From an uncultured Eubacteriales bacterium (GTDB lineage: Bacteria; Bacillota; Clostridia; Oscillospirales; Oscillospiraceae): a stretch of 64,000 nucleotides of DNA. The notes under the pieces are model-generated. The model was given only the letters and a program-made list of their open reading frames with translations, was not told the origin of the DNA and did not search any database. Location of the stretch: positions 44,064 to 108,063 of the forward strand of contig CABMQL010000001.1 of assembly GCA_902388735.1 (NCBI GenBank), read 5' to 3'. The position numbers were made by a program, and so were the translations under genes. This document shows positions 18,465 to 29,563 of this stretch, piece after piece. The first letter of the stretch is position 1; every line of letters starts with the position of its first letter.

Positions 18465-19447
18465 AAATACCGTATTTTGACGCCCACTGTGACACCATTT
18501 ACCGCTGCGAGGAGACCGGCTGCGGCGGGGCCCTGGAAATGAAATCTGACCGGGAGGCTCAGGAGGCGTACTACGACGCCTGTGGCTGCCTGCGGGAAAA
18601 CGGCGGACACATCGACCTGCTGCGGGGCCGGGAATTCGCCCAGTACGGCCAGTTTTTCGCCCTGTATTGGGACGCGAAAAACGCCCCGGCAGACGGGATG
18701 CCGGCCCAGTGCCAAAGACTCCATGACCGCTTTCTGCGGGAAATGGAGGAAAACAGTGACTGTATCACTCATTGCCGGACCGGTGCGGAGGTGGACGAGG
18801 CGGTGCGCCAGGGGAAGATAGCGGCCCTTTTGAGCATCGAGGGAGCCGACCTGCTGGACTGTGAGGAGCGGAACCTGGAGATGGCCCACGCCTGGGGCGT
18901 GCGGCTGCTGAACCCCGTTTGGAACCGGGCCAACAGCCTCTGCGGCACCAACTGCGAGGATCCGGACCGGGGCCTTTCTGAAAAGGGAAAAAATTTCCTG
19001 CGCCGTATGGAAGCACTGAATATTTACCCGGATATGTCCCACATCTCCGACGCGGGCTTTTGGGATACGGTCAAAACGACCCGCGGCCCGGTGGTGGCGT
19101 CCCACTCCAATGCCCGGGCCCTCTGTCCACACCGGCGGAACCTGACGGACGACCAGTTCCGGGCCATCCGGGACAGCGGCGGCGTGGTGGGTCTGAATCT
19201 CTACCGGGACTTTGTGGGCCCTCAGGGGACCATGGAGGAGCTTGTGGCCCATGTGGAGCACTTTTTGAACCTGGGCGGAGAAAAGACCCTGTGCCTGGGC
19301 GGCGACCTGGACGGCTGCGAGGCCCTGGCTGCCGGGATGCAGGGGATGCAGGATATGCCGAAGCTGTACGCGGCTTTGCGGGAGCGGGGCTACGGCCAGG
19401 CCCTGCTGGAGGACATCTTCTGGAACAATCTGCGGAGGTTATTATAA
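18461..19447 (+). CDS. Membrane-dipeptidase family protein (peptidase M19)
   Basis: 328 aa. M19 signature residues (HxD... / H...H / SD[AG]). TTGA overlap with yraN. Confidence 0.8.
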   Translation: MKIPYFDAHCDTIYRCEETGCGGALEMKSDREAQEAYYDACGCLRENGGHIDLLRGREFAQYGQFFALYWDAKNAPADGMPAQCQRLHDRFLREMEENSDCITHCRTGAEVDEAVRQGKIAALLSIEGADLLDCEERNLEMAHAWGVRLLNPVWNRANSLCGTNCEDPDRGLSEKGKNFLRRMEALNIYPDMSHISDAGFWDTVKTTRGPVVASHSNARALCPHRRNLTDDQFRAIRDSGGVVGLNLYRDFVGPQGTMEELVAHVEHFLNLGGEKTLCLGGDLDGCEALAAGMQGMQDMPKLYAALRERGYGQALLEDIFWNNLRRLL

Positions 19448-19459
19448 TAAGGAGTAAGT

Positions 19460-20152
19460 ATGGCTTTATATACCATAGGGGACCTGCACCTGTCCCTGGG
19501 CTCGGATAAACCCATGGATGTTTTCGGCGAGGGCTGGAGCAACTATGTGGAGCGGATCCGGGAGGGCTTTTCGGAGCTGGGAAGCGAGGATGTGACGGTG
19601 CTGTGCGGCGACTTATCCTGGGGCATGAGCCTGGAGGAGTCCCTGCGGGATCTGACATTTATCCACCAGCTGCCGGGGAAAAAGATCCTCATGAAGGGCA
19701 ACCACGACTACTGGTGGAACACGGCGGCGAAAATGCAGCGTTTTTTTGACGTGCACGGGCTGGACTCCCTGCAGATCCTGCACAACAACTGCGTTTTCTA
19801 CGGGGATGTGGCCCTGTGCGGCACCAGGGGCTGGTTTTACGAGCTGGAGGAGCCGGGCAGCCACACGGAGAAAATGCGTAACCGGGAGGCAGGTCGTCTG
19901 GAGACCTCACTAAAGGCCGCAGGGGAGCGGGAGAAACTCTGTTTTCTGCATTATCCGCCCCTCTACACCGGCTACCGCTGCGAGGAAATGCTGCGGCTGC
20001 TGCAGCAATACGGCGTGAAAAAATGCTATTACGGCCACCTCCACGGGGGCGCGGCCCATGGCCGGGCGGTGCAGGGAGAGCGGAACGGAACGGACTTTTC
20101 CCTGGTCTCCGCCGACTATCTGCGGTTCAAGCCGAAAAAAATTTTAGAATAG
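19460..20152 (+). CDS. Metallophosphoesterase (calcineurin-like phosphatase family)
   Basis: 230 aa. Motifs GDLH...GDL...GNHD...GH.H. Confidence 0.8.
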   Translation: MALYTIGDLHLSLGSDKPMDVFGEGWSNYVERIREGFSELGSEDVTVLCGDLSWGMSLEESLRDLTFIHQLPGKKILMKGNHDYWWNTAAKMQRFFDVHGLDSLQILHNNCVFYGDVALCGTRGWFYELEEPGSHTEKMRNREAGRLETSLKAAGEREKLCFLHYPPLYTGYRCEEMLRLLQQYGVKKCYYGHLHGGAAHGRAVQGERNGTDFSLVSADYLRFKPKKILE

Positions 20153-20244
20153 TGCAAAAAAGTGTGGAAATTGCAGAGCTTTTCTGTTATCATATTTAAT
20201 TGCATTGATTCGCATTATTAATGCTGAACGGAGGAAAAACAAAA

Positions 20245-21582
20245 ATGAGTGTAAAATCCTGTGAGAAACTGGAAAAGAGCAAGGTCGCTTTGACCATTGA
20301 AGTCAGCGCCGAGGACTTTGAGGCTGCCATCAACAAGGCTTATCTGAAGATGCGCGGCAAGATGAACATCCCCGGCTTCCGCCCCGGCAAGGCTCCCCGC
20401 AAGATCGTTGAGAGCATGTACGGTGCAGAGGTCTTCTATGAGGAGGCCGTGAATATTGTCCTGCCCGACGCCTATGAGAAGGCTGTCAACGATGAGAAGC
20501 TGGAGGTTGTGGGCTATCCTGAGGTGGAGCTGGAGAACTGCGGTAAGGATGGTGTTACCTTCAAGGCCACCGTCGCCGTATATCCCGAGGTGAAGCTGGG
20601 CCAGTACAAGGGCCTGGAGGCTCCCAAGGCCAATGTAAAGGTCATGGCCGCCGATGTGAACGCACGGCTAAAGGAAATGGCCGAGCGCAACAGCCGCCTG
20701 GTGAGCGTGGAGCGTGCTGTAAAGAAGGGCGATACCGCCAACATCGACTTTGAGGGCTTTGACAACGGCGTGGCCTTCGATGGCGGCAAGGGCGAGAATT
20801 TTGACCTGGAGATTGGCTCCGGCAGCTTCGTGCCCGGTTTTGAGGATCAGCTCATGGGCATGAAGGTGGGCGAGGAGAAGGACATTGACATCACCTTCCC
20901 CGAGGACTATACCCCGGAGCTTGCCGGCAAGCCTGTGGTATTCCATGTGAAGGTCAATGAGGTCAAGGTGAAGGAAGTCCCCGCCATTGACGATGAGTTT
21001 GCCAAGGATGTGTCCGAGTTTGACACGCTGAAGGAATTGAAGGCCGACCTGAAGAAGAAGATTACCGACGAGCGCAAGACTGCTGCCCAGCACGCCTTTG
21101 AGGATGCGCTGATGCAGAAGGTGGCCGACGGCATCGAGGCTGACATCCCCGAGGATATGGTGGTGCTGCAATCCCAGAGAATGATGGACAACTTCAAGCA
21201 GCAGCTGGCTGCCCAAGGTATCCCCTTTGACCAGTATGTGAAGATGACCGGCATGGATGAGGACGCCATTCAGAAGCAATCTATGGAGCCCGCTCTGAAG
21301 CAGGTGCGTATGGACCTGGCTGTGAGCGCCATTGTGAAGGCCGAGAATCTGGAAGCTTCCGATGAGGAAGTGGAAAATGAGATGAAGACCATCGCCGAGA
21401 AGTACGGCATGGATCTGGAGTCCATCAAGAAGTATCTGCCTGCCGCCGATGTGAAGGAGCAGGTCATCCGGGAGAAGGTCATCAAGGTCGTTGCCGACAG
21501 CGCCGTGGCCGTGGAGCCCGAGGGGAAGGCCGAGGAGAAATCCGAAGACAAGGCTGAAGAGAAGAAGGAAGACAAAGAGTAA
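20245..21582 (+). CDS. tig: Trigger factor
   Basis: 445 aa with FKBP-type PPIase core. Start MSVKSCEKLEKSKVALTIEV preceded by GGAGG. Confidence 0.93.
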   Translation: MSVKSCEKLEKSKVALTIEVSAEDFEAAINKAYLKMRGKMNIPGFRPGKAPRKIVESMYGAEVFYEEAVNIVLPDAYEKAVNDEKLEVVGYPEVELENCGKDGVTFKATVAVYPEVKLGQYKGLEAPKANVKVMAADVNARLKEMAERNSRLVSVERAVKKGDTANIDFEGFDNGVAFDGGKGENFDLEIGSGSFVPGFEDQLMGMKVGEEKDIDITFPEDYTPELAGKPVVFHVKVNEVKVKEVPAIDDEFAKDVSEFDTLKELKADLKKKITDERKTAAQHAFEDALMQKVADGIEADIPEDMVVLQSQRMMDNFKQQLAAQGIPFDQYVKMTGMDEDAIQKQSMEPALKQVRMDLAVSAIVKAENLEASDEEVENEMKTIAEKYGMDLESIKKYLPAADVKEQVIREKVIKVVADSAVAVEPEGKAEEKSEDKAEEKKEDKE

Positions 21583-21671
21583 TCTCAACTGTTAAAATCA
21601 CTTACGGGCGGGTATAATTTTGTATTATGCCTTGCAGTGCAAGGCCCCATTTGAACAGGAGGTATATTTCT

Positions 21672-22253
21672 ATGAGCTTAGTTCCTTATGTTGTGGAGCA
21701 GACCAACCGGGGGGAGCGGTCTTATGACATTTTCTCCCGCTTGCTCAACGACCGCATCGTCTTCCTGGGCGAAGAGGTGAATGATACAACTGCCAGCCTG
21801 GTAGTTGCGCAGCTGCTGTACCTGGAGGCGCAGGATCCCGACAAGGACATTCAGATGTACATCAACAGCCCCGGCGGTTCCGTCACGGCTGGCATGGCGA
21901 TCTATGATACCATGCAGTATATCAAGTGTGATGTGTCTACCATCTGCATCGGCATGGCTGCCAGCATGGGCGCGTTCCTGCTGTCCTCCGGCGCCAAGGG
22001 TAAGCGCATCGCCCTGCCCAACGCCGAGGTGATGATCCACCAGCCCTCCGCCGGTACCCAGGGTAAGGTCACCGATATGGAGATCGATGTGGAGCATTTC
22101 CTGAAGATCAAACAGCGGATGAACCGCATCCTGGCCGAGAACACCGGCAAGACGCCTGAGCAGGTGAAGCTGGACTCCGAGCGCGATAACTGGATGATCG
22201 CCGAGGAAGCCAAGGAGTACGGCCTGGTGGATAAGGTCATTTACAAGAGGTAA
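21672..22253 (+). CDS. clpP: ATP-dependent Clp protease proteolytic subunit
   Basis: 193 aa, Ser-His-Asp triad context (GMAASMG). SD AGGAGG. Confidence 0.95.
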   Translation: MSLVPYVVEQTNRGERSYDIFSRLLNDRIVFLGEEVNDTTASLVVAQLLYLEAQDPDKDIQMYINSPGGSVTAGMAIYDTMQYIKCDVSTICIGMAASMGAFLLSSGAKGKRIALPNAEVMIHQPSAGTQGKVTDMEIDVEHFLKIKQRMNRILAENTGKTPEQVKLDSERDNWMIAEEAKEYGLVDKVIYKR

Positions 22254-22255
22254 AC

Positions 22256-23551
22256 ATGGCGGAAAAAAACAAAGAGCTGCACTGCTCTTTCTGCGGCAAG
22301 AGCGAAAATCAGGTGCACCGCATGATCCAGGGCCCCGGTGTCCGGATCTGCGACGAGTGCGTCCAGCTGTGTATGTCCATTCTGGAGGATGATTACAGCC
22401 CTGCTGCGGAAAACAAATTGGAAGCGCCGGACCGTCTGCCCACTCCCCGGGAGATCAAGGCGGTGCTGGACGAATATGTCATCGGACAGGAGGCGGCGAA
22501 AATCGCCCTCTCCGTGTCCGTGTACAACCACTATAAGCGCATCTTTTACGGCGGCGGCGAGGATGTGGAGCTGCAAAAGAGCAACATCCTCATGATCGGC
22601 CCCACCGGCAGCGGCAAGACTCTGTTTGCCCAGACCCTGGCCCGGGTCCTGCAGGTGCCTTTTGCCATTGCTGACGCCACTACCCTCACGGAGGCCGGCT
22701 ATGTGGGCGACGATGTGGAGAACATTCTGCTGCGCCTGCTCCAGGCGGCAGACTTTGACGTGGAGCTGGCGGAGCGGGGCATCATCTATGTGGATGAGAT
22801 CGACAAGATCGCCCGCAAGAGCGAAAACACCTCCATCACCCGGGACGTGTCCGGCGAGGGTGTACAGCAGGCACTGCTGAAGATCCTGGAGGGCACGGTT
22901 GCCAATGTGCCGCCCCAGGGCGGGCGCAAGCACCCCCACCAGGAGTTCATCCAGGTGGACACCCACAACATTCTCTTTATCTGCGGCGGCGCTTTCGACG
23001 GCCTGGAGAAAATCATCGAAAAGCGCACGGACCGCAAGGGCATCGGCTTCGATGCCGTGGTGGAGAGCAAGGCGGAGCGGCAGACCGGGGCCCTTCTCAA
23101 GGAAGTGCAGCCCCACGACCTGCTGAAGTTCGGTATCATTCCGGAGTTGGTGGGCCGCCTGCCGGTGATCGCTGCCCTGGACGGACTGACCCGGGATGAC
23201 CTGGTGCAGATCCTTACCCAGCCGAAAAACGCCCTGGTCAAGCAGTACCAAAAGCTGTTTTCCTACGACAATGTGCAGCTTTCCTTTACGGAGGACGCGC
23301 TGGAGGCCGTGGCCGACAAGGCCATCGAGCGGAACATCGGTGCCCGGGGTCTGCGTGCCGTTATGGAGGGGATCCTCACGAAGGTGATGTTCGATATTCC
23401 CTCGGATCCGACCATCCGGCGGGTGACCATTACCGCCGACTGCGTGGCCGGAAAGGCTGAGCCGGAGGTCGTACATGACACGGGAAAAGAGTCCCGTACG
23501 GCAAAACTGAAGACCGGAAAGGCAGACGATCCGTCTGCGCCGGCCTCTTAA
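22256..23551 (+). CDS. clpX: ATP-dependent Clp protease ATP-binding subunit ClpX
   Basis: 431 aa. N-terminal C4 zinc finger (CSFCGK...CDEC) and AAA+ motifs. Confidence 0.95.
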   Translation: MAEKNKELHCSFCGKSENQVHRMIQGPGVRICDECVQLCMSILEDDYSPAAENKLEAPDRLPTPREIKAVLDEYVIGQEAAKIALSVSVYNHYKRIFYGGGEDVELQKSNILMIGPTGSGKTLFAQTLARVLQVPFAIADATTLTEAGYVGDDVENILLRLLQAADFDVELAERGIIYVDEIDKIARKSENTSITRDVSGEGVQQALLKILEGTVANVPPQGGRKHPHQEFIQVDTHNILFICGGAFDGLEKIIEKRTDRKGIGFDAVVESKAERQTGALLKEVQPHDLLKFGIIPELVGRLPVIAALDGLTRDDLVQILTQPKNALVKQYQKLFSYDNVQLSFTEDALEAVADKAIERNIGARGLRAVMEGILTKVMFDIPSDPTIRRVTITADCVAGKAEPEVVHDTGKESRTAKLKTGKADDPSAPAS

Positions 23552-23562
23552 ATGAGCGATAG

Positions 23563-23597
23563 GGGAGAGGCGAGGATTCGTCCCTCCCCTTTTTCCC
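23563..23597 (+). terminator. clpX intrinsic terminator
   Basis: ggggagagg...cctcccc followed by TTTTTcc. Confidence 0.6.
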
Positions 23598-23633
23598 TTG
23601 CTGCGTTTGGCAGCTGAAAGGAGCGAATACCCA

Positions 23634-26030
23634 ATGGAACAAAGAACGATGAATATTCCCGTTTTAGCCCTGCGCGGGCTGACGGTTTTCCCCGGCCAGA
23701 CCACCGGGTTTGATGTAGAACGAGAGATTTCTATGCTGGCGCTGAACAATGCCATGGAGGAGGGAAAGGACATTTTCCTGGTGACCCAGCGGGAGCTGGC
23801 CGTGATGCACCCGGGGGAAGACGACCTCTACTCCATGGGCACGGTGGCCCATGTGCTGCAGATCATCAAGACCTCTGACTCCACCGTCCGGGTGGTGGTC
23901 CGGGGCATGGAAAAGGGCTGCATCAAGCGCCTGTGGCAGACGAAGCCCTTCCTGCAGGCGAATGTGATTTTGATCGAGGACGAGTTTCCCGGAAAAATGA
24001 CCAGCCGGGTAGAGGCTGTCATGCGGCAGACCTACGCCCTTTTGGGAGAGTATAAGGACATGGTGCCGGATCTGCTGGATGAGGTCATGGCCACCGTCCT
24101 GGACAGCAAGGACCCCGGCGAGATAGCCAATTATATCGCCTACAGCATTACCCTCCGGCACATGGACCGCCAGCGGATCCTGGAGGAGCTGCACCCCGTG
24201 AAACGGCTGAAGCTGGTGAATGAGATCCTCACCCGTGAGCTGGATGTGATCTCCCTGGAAGTGGAGATGGAGAAAAAGGTCCGGGACCGTGTGGGCCGGG
24301 TGCAGAAGGATATGATCCTGCGGGAGCAGGTGAAGGTCCTGCAGCATGAGCTGGGCGAGGACGGCGACGATGAAATTCAGGAGTATACCGAAAAGGTTCA
24401 GAAGCTGAAGGTCTCTGAGGAGATCGAGGAGAAGCTGATGAAGGAGGTCTCACGCCTGGCCAAGCAGCCCTACGGCAGTGCCGAGGCGTCGGTGATCCGC
24501 AATTATCTGGATACCTGCCTGGAGATGCCCTGGGGGAAAGAAACCAAGGAGCGGGCTGATGTGGAAAAGGCCCGGGCCATGCTGGATAAGGATCACTACG
24601 GCCTGACCAAGGTGAAAGAGCGCATATTGGAGTACATAGCCGTCCGGCAGATCCATCCCCAGGCCAAGGGAAAGATCATCTGCCTGGTAGGTCCTCCGGG
24701 CGTGGGCAAGACCTCCATCGCCATCTCCGTTGCCAGGGCCATGAACCGCAAGCTCTACCGCATCAGCCTGGGCGGCGTGCGGGATGAGGCGGACATCCGC
24801 GGCCACCGCAAGACGTACATAGGCGCTATGCCCGGCCGCATCATTGACGGGCTGATCCACAGCGGATCTATGAATCCCCTGCTGGTGCTGGACGAGATCG
24901 ACAAGCTGGCCAGCGATATGCGGGGCGACCCTGCCTCCGCGCTGCTGGAGGTGCTGGACAGCGAGCAGAACAGCAGCTTCCGGGATCATTTCCTGGAGAT
25001 CCCCGTGGATCTGAGTCGGGTTATGTTCATCACCACCGCCAACACCACCGACACCATCCCCCGGCCGCTGCTGGACCGCATGGAGGTCATCGAGTTGGGC
25101 AGCTATACCGACGAGGAGAAGGTGGAGATCGCCCGGCGGCATCTGATTCCCAAGCAGCTGAAGGAGCATGGTCTGCAAAAGCGCCAGCTGAGCATTTCCG
25201 ACGATGCCCTCCGCGGCATCATCAGCGGCTATACGAGGGAGTCCGGTGTGCGCGTGCTGGAGCGGGAAATTGCCGCCATCTGCCGCAAAACCGCCATGAA
25301 GATCGCCACAGAAGGTGTAAAGAAGATCGCCGTTACACCGACGGATTTGAAAGACTTTTTGGGCGTTGTCCGCTATACGGATTCGGCGCACCTGCGGCAA
25401 AACGAGGTGGGCGTGGTCAACGGTCTAGCCTGGACCCAGGTAGGCGGCGAGATACTGGAAGTGGAGGTCAACGTCATGGACGGCTCCGGCAAGCTGGAGC
25501 TGACGGGTAACCTGGGCACCGTGATGCAGGAGTCTGCCAAGACGGCCCTGAGCTGCCTGCGCAGCCGGGCTGCACAGCTGGGCATTGAGAAGGATTTCTA
25601 CAAGACCAAGGACATCCACATTCATTTCCCCGAGGGCGCCGTGCCCAAGGACGGACCCTCCGCCGGCATCGCCATCACCACCGCCATGCTGTCGGCCCTG
25701 ACGAACCGGAAGGTCCGCCGGGATGTGGCCATGACCGGGGAGGTGACCCTCCGGGGCCGTGTGCTGCCCATTGGCGGGCTGAAGGAGAAGACTATGGCCG
25801 CCCTGCGAAACGGCATCGAAACAGTGATCATCCCTCGTGAAAACGAGAAGGACCTGGAGGACATCGACCAAACCGTACGCAAAAAGCTGCATTTTGTACC
25901 CGTGGACACGGTGGAGGAGGTTTTCCCTGTAGCCCTTGTGCCGGAGGAAAGCCGAAAGGCCGAGCCTACTGCGGACAGTATGCCGCTGATTTCCGTGCAG
26001 CCCGGCCCCAGGGCGGAGCTGCGCGTATAA
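23634..26030 (+). CDS. lon: ATP-dependent Lon protease
   Basis: 798 aa. LON N-domain, AAA+ (GPPGVGKTS) and Ser-Lys protease domain (DGPSAG). Start is the ATG 10 nt after AAAGGAG; the tool ORF starts at an upstream TTG. Confidence 0.93.
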   Translation: MEQRTMNIPVLALRGLTVFPGQTTGFDVEREISMLALNNAMEEGKDIFLVTQRELAVMHPGEDDLYSMGTVAHVLQIIKTSDSTVRVVVRGMEKGCIKRLWQTKPFLQANVILIEDEFPGKMTSRVEAVMRQTYALLGEYKDMVPDLLDEVMATVLDSKDPGEIANYIAYSITLRHMDRQRILEELHPVKRLKLVNEILTRELDVISLEVEMEKKVRDRVGRVQKDMILREQVKVLQHELGEDGDDEIQEYTEKVQKLKVSEEIEEKLMKEVSRLAKQPYGSAEASVIRNYLDTCLEMPWGKETKERADVEKARAMLDKDHYGLTKVKERILEYIAVRQIHPQAKGKIICLVGPPGVGKTSIAISVARAMNRKLYRISLGGVRDEADIRGHRKTYIGAMPGRIIDGLIHSGSMNPLLVLDEIDKLASDMRGDPASALLEVLDSEQNSSFRDHFLEIPVDLSRVMFITTANTTDTIPRPLLDRMEVIELGSYTDEEKVEIARRHLIPKQLKEHGLQKRQLSISDDALRGIISGYTRESGVRVLEREIAAICRKTAMKIATEGVKKIAVTPTDLKDFLGVVRYTDSAHLRQNEVGVVNGLAWTQVGGEILEVEVNVMDGSGKLELTGNLGTVMQESAKTALSCLRSRAAQLGIEKDFYKTKDIHIHFPEGAVPKDGPSAGIAITTAMLSALTNRKVRRDVAMTGEVTLRGRVLPIGGLKEKTMAALRNGIETVIIPRENEKDLEDIDQTVRKKLHFVPVDTVEEVFPVALVPEESRKAEPTADSMPLISVQPGPRAELRV

Positions 26031-26039
26031 GGAGCCAAT

Positions 26040-26630
26040 ATGGGTATCAACTTTAACAAAGCGGAGTTTATCCTCTCCGCCGTCAAGCAGAGCACATTTA
26101 TCCGGGACGGCCGGCCCCAGGTGGCCTTTGCCGGCCGCTCCAATGTGGGCAAATCCTCGGTGATCAACCGCCTGCTGAACCGCAAAAATTTCGCCCGGGT
26201 GGGTGCCACTCCCGGCAAGACCACTCAGGTGAACTATTTTCTTATTGACGGGAAAATATACTTTACCGATCTGCCCGGCTATGGCTATGCCAAGGTATCC
26301 AAGGAGGAGCGGGACCGCTGGGGCCGGCTGATGGAGAATTATTTCCAGGAGCAGGGTCTCATTACCCTGGGCGTGCTCATTGTGGATGCCCGGCACAAGC
26401 CTACGGCGGATGATGAGACTATGTGCACCTGGTTCAAGGAGAGCGGCTGCCCGCTGATCGTTGTGGCCAACAAACTGGACAAGCTGAAAAAGAGCGAGGT
26501 GGAGCCGAATCTGCAGCGCATCCGCCAGACGCTGGAGCTGCCCGAGTCGGCACTCCTGATCCCGTTTTCCGCGGAGAAGGGAATCGGGAAAACGGAGCTT
26601 TTATCCGCCATCGAGCAATTTTGCCAATAA
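26040..26630 (+). CDS. engB: Ribosome biogenesis GTP-binding protein YsxC/EngB
   Basis: 196 aa. GRSNVGKSS G1 motif. Conserved lon–engB order. Confidence 0.9.
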   Translation: MGINFNKAEFILSAVKQSTFIRDGRPQVAFAGRSNVGKSSVINRLLNRKNFARVGATPGKTTQVNYFLIDGKIYFTDLPGYGYAKVSKEERDRWGRLMENYFQEQGLITLGVLIVDARHKPTADDETMCTWFKESGCPLIVVANKLDKLKKSEVEPNLQRIRQTLELPESALLIPFSAEKGIGKTELLSAIEQFCQ

Positions 26631-26635
26631 TAAAA

Positions 26636-26673
26636 AGAAATGTGAAGGGATATCCCTTCACATTTCTTTTTTT
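26636..26673 (+). terminator. engB intrinsic terminator
   Basis: aaatgtgaaggga-ta-tcccttcacattt followed by cTTTTTTT. Confidence 0.75.
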
Positions 26674-26716
26674 AGCGTTTATCTGAAAAAAGGAGAAGGA
26701 AAATAGAGAGAGCTTC

Positions 26717-26745
26717 TTGCAGACAAAGCGGGAATACGGTATAAT
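26717..26745 (+). promoter_or_regulatory. Sigma-A promoter (TTGCAG-17-TATAAT) for the aldehyde oxidoreductase gene
   Basis: Hexamers read directly; ~70 nt upstream of the ATG. Confidence 0.55.
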
Positions 26746-26816
26746 AAAATCGATTATAATTGCTTATATGCAGCACATAGATCCAGCGGAGTATATAGGC
26801 CGAAGGAGAAGGAAAT

Positions 26817-29507
26817 ATGGCTTCATTTTATGTCAACGGACAAGCGGTATCCACTGATAAAAATCAAAAGCTGCTGCGCTTTTTGCGGGATGAGCTGCGC
26901 CTGACCTCTGTGAAGGACGGCTGCAGTGAGGGTGCCTGCGGCACCTGCCATGTACTCATCGACGGCAAAGCCACCAAGGCCTGTGTTCCCTCCACGGACA
27001 AGCTGGAGGGGAAACATATTATCACTGTGGAGGGCCTCAGCGACACGGAAAAGGAGGTCTATGCCTGGGCCTTCGCCAAAGCCGGCGCGGTGCAGTGCGG
27101 CTTCTGCATTCCCGGCATGGTCATCTCTGCCAAGGCGCTGCTGGATGTGAACCCGGACCCTTCCCGGGAGGAGGTGGCCTTCGCCATCCGAAACAACATT
27201 TGCCGCTGCACGGGCTATAAAAAGATCATTGACGCCATTTTGCTGGCGGCCGAGATTTTCCGCAGCGGCGGAGAAATTCCCCGGGAAAAGGACTGCGCCC
27301 GGGTGGGCGAAGCCATGCCGCGTATCGATGCCCGGGAAAAGGTCCTGGGTACCGGCAAATACCCCGATGACATTTACCTGGACGGCATGATCTACGGCAG
27401 CGCTGTCCGCAGCAAGTATCCCCGGGCCCGTGTGCTGGCCATCCATAAGGAAAAGGCCGAGGCCCTGCCGGGCGTTGTGGGCGTGTACACCGCCGACGAC
27501 ATCCCGGGCAAGGTAAAGGTGGGCCACCTGATGCAGGACTGGGATACCATGATCCCCGTGGGGAAGATCACCCATTTCCTGGGTGATGCCATCTGCCTGG
27601 TGGCGGCGGAGACTCCGGAGATTTTGGAAAAAGCCAAAAAACTGGTGGAGGTGGAGTACGAGCCGCTGAAGCCGGTTTTCAGCCCCACCTATGCTGCCCA
27701 GCCCTTTGCGCCCCAGGTCCATGAATCCGGTAACCTGCTGTGCGAGAAGCACGTGTCCCGGGGCAATGCCGACCAGGCCATCCGCGATGCGGATTATGTG
27801 CTGATGTATCACTACGAGACCCCTTATACCGAGCACGCCTTCCTGGAGCCGGAGTGCGCCGTAGCCTATCGGGATGGGGACGGCGTGGCCATTCTCTCTA
27901 CGGACCAGGGCACCTACGACACCGCCCGGGAGACCTCCATCATGCTGGGCATCCCCAAGGAAAAGGTCCATGTGACCAATATGCTGGTGGGCGGCGGCTT
28001 CGGCGGGAAAGAGGATATGACCGTGCAGCACCATGCGGCGCTTATCGCGTATCTGTCCGGCCGGCCGGTGAAGGTGAAGCTCAGCCGCCAGGAGAGCATC
28101 CTTGTCCACCCCAAGCGTCATCCTATGAAGGTGACCATCACCATGGGCTGCAATAACGACGGCCTGATCCAGGGCGTCAAGGCGGAGGTCACCGCAGATA
28201 CCGGGGCCTATGCGTCCCTGGGCGGGCCTGTGCTGGAGCGGGCCTGTACCCATGCCGCGGGGCCGTATCACTACGAGAATTTTGAGATCACCGGTCGGGC
28301 GTACTATACCAATAACCCGCCTGCCGGCGCGTTCCGCGGCTTTGGCGTGACGCAGACCTGCTTCGCCATGGAGATGACGCTGACGAAAATGGCCCACGAG
28401 CTGGGTATTTCCCCCTGGGAGATCCGCTATCGCAACGCCATCCGTCCCGGTCAGGCCCTGCCCAACGGGCAGATCGCGCCGCCCTCCACAGGCCTGGTAG
28501 AGACGCTGGAGGCCGTGAAGGACATCTGCGAACAGAATAAAAACGTGGGCATTGCCTGCGCCATGAAAAATGCCGGCGTGGGCGTTGGCATCCCTGATAC
28601 CGGCCGCTGTATCGTGGCAGTGCAGGGCGGCAAAATTCACATCCGCAGCGGCGCGTCCTGCATCGGCCAGGGCCTTGGCACGGTGCTGACGCAGATCGTG
28701 GGCACCATGCTCCACTGTGATCGGGAGGACATCGTCTACCAGGCGGCCAACAATGTGGATTCGCCGGATTCCGGCACTACCTCCGGCTCCCGGCAGACCC
28801 TCGTCACCGGCGAGGCCTGCCGCCGCGCCTGCCAAAAGCTGCTGAAAGCTGCCGGTGCAGATGTGAAGGCATCTGACTATACAGGCATTGCAAATATTGC
28901 AGAAATGAAGGATTTGCCAGGTGAAAACTGCGGCGACGGCGTCGTGGGAACCGAACTGGCCGAAGATGCTCGGGTGGACTGGAAAAAGCTGGAGGGCCAG
29001 GAGTTCTACGGCGAGTACCTGGCCAAGACAGACCCCCTGGGTGCACAGAATGTGGAAAATCCCGTGAGCCATGTGGCTTACGGCTACGCCACCCAGGTCT
29101 GCGTGCTCAACGACGACGGCACCATCAAGGAGATCGACGCGGCGCACTTTGTGGGTAAGGCAATCAATCCGCTGAACTGCGAGGGGCAGATCGAGGGCGG
29201 CGTGGCCATGGCCCTTGGATTTACACTTACGGAGCACTATCCGCTGTATGACTGTATCCCCAGTGCCAAGTACGGCACCCTGGGCCTGTTCCGGGCCGAT
29301 AAAGTCCCGCCCATCAACAGCATTTTGGTGGAGAAGAAAGGCCAGGATATGGCCTGTGGCGCCATCGGCATTGGCGAGATCACCACCATCCCCACGGCTC
29401 CCGCCGTGGCCGGCGCTTACTTTGCCCTGGACGGCGAAATGCGATGCAGCCTGCCACTGATGAAAACGCCCTACGAGCGGCCTAAGATGCCCCGCTATTG
29501 GTGGTAA
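26817..29507 (+). CDS. Single-polypeptide molybdopterin aldehyde oxidoreductase (Mop-type xanthine dehydrogenase family: N-terminal double 2Fe-2S, C-terminal Mo-cofactor domain, no FAD domain)
   Basis: 896 aa. Plant-type and second 2Fe-2S cysteine motifs (CSEGACGTC, CGFC, CRCTGY) followed by the large MoCo-binding domain. Architecture matches Desulfovibrio MOP-like enzymes. Confidence 0.85.
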   Translation: MASFYVNGQAVSTDKNQKLLRFLRDELRLTSVKDGCSEGACGTCHVLIDGKATKACVPSTDKLEGKHIITVEGLSDTEKEVYAWAFAKAGAVQCGFCIPGMVISAKALLDVNPDPSREEVAFAIRNNICRCTGYKKIIDAILLAAEIFRSGGEIPREKDCARVGEAMPRIDAREKVLGTGKYPDDIYLDGMIYGSAVRSKYPRARVLAIHKEKAEALPGVVGVYTADDIPGKVKVGHLMQDWDTMIPVGKITHFLGDAICLVAAETPEILEKAKKLVEVEYEPLKPVFSPTYAAQPFAPQVHESGNLLCEKHVSRGNADQAIRDADYVLMYHYETPYTEHAFLEPECAVAYRDGDGVAILSTDQGTYDTARETSIMLGIPKEKVHVTNMLVGGGFGGKEDMTVQHHAALIAYLSGRPVKVKLSRQESILVHPKRHPMKVTITMGCNNDGLIQGVKAEVTADTGAYASLGGPVLERACTHAAGPYHYENFEITGRAYYTNNPPAGAFRGFGVTQTCFAMEMTLTKMAHELGISPWEIRYRNAIRPGQALPNGQIAPPSTGLVETLEAVKDICEQNKNVGIACAMKNAGVGVGIPDTGRCIVAVQGGKIHIRSGASCIGQGLGTVLTQIVGTMLHCDREDIVYQAANNVDSPDSGTTSGSRQTLVTGEACRRACQKLLKAAGADVKASDYTGIANIAEMKDLPGENCGDGVVGTELAEDARVDWKKLEGQEFYGEYLAKTDPLGAQNVENPVSHVAYGYATQVCVLNDDGTIKEIDAAHFVGKAINPLNCEGQIEGGVAMALGFTLTEHYPLYDCIPSAKYGTLGLFRADKVPPINSILVEKKGQDMACGAIGIGEITTIPTAPAVAGAYFALDGEMRCSLPLMKTPYERPKMPRYWW

Positions 29508-29512
29508 AAAAG

Positions 29513-29542
29513 AGATGCCCGGCAGAGACCGGGCATCTTCAC
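29513..29542 (+). terminator. Hairpin after the oxidoreductase gene (weak T-tract)
   Basis: gatgcccgg-cagaga-ccgggcatc. Confidence 0.4.
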
Positions 29543-29563
29543 TATTCATTAAAGGAGAAAACC

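Noticed and set aside
21583-21671. CtsR operator upstream of clpP
   Set aside because: No GGTCAAA-type direct repeat visible; only a plain -10 (TATAAT) and a short hairpin.
26680-26816. Possible molybdenum-cofactor (Moco) riboswitch upstream of the aldehyde oxidoreductase gene
   Set aside because: The 5' UTR after the mapped promoter is only ~70 nt, too short for the ~130-nt Moco motif, and no recognisable conserved elements were seen.
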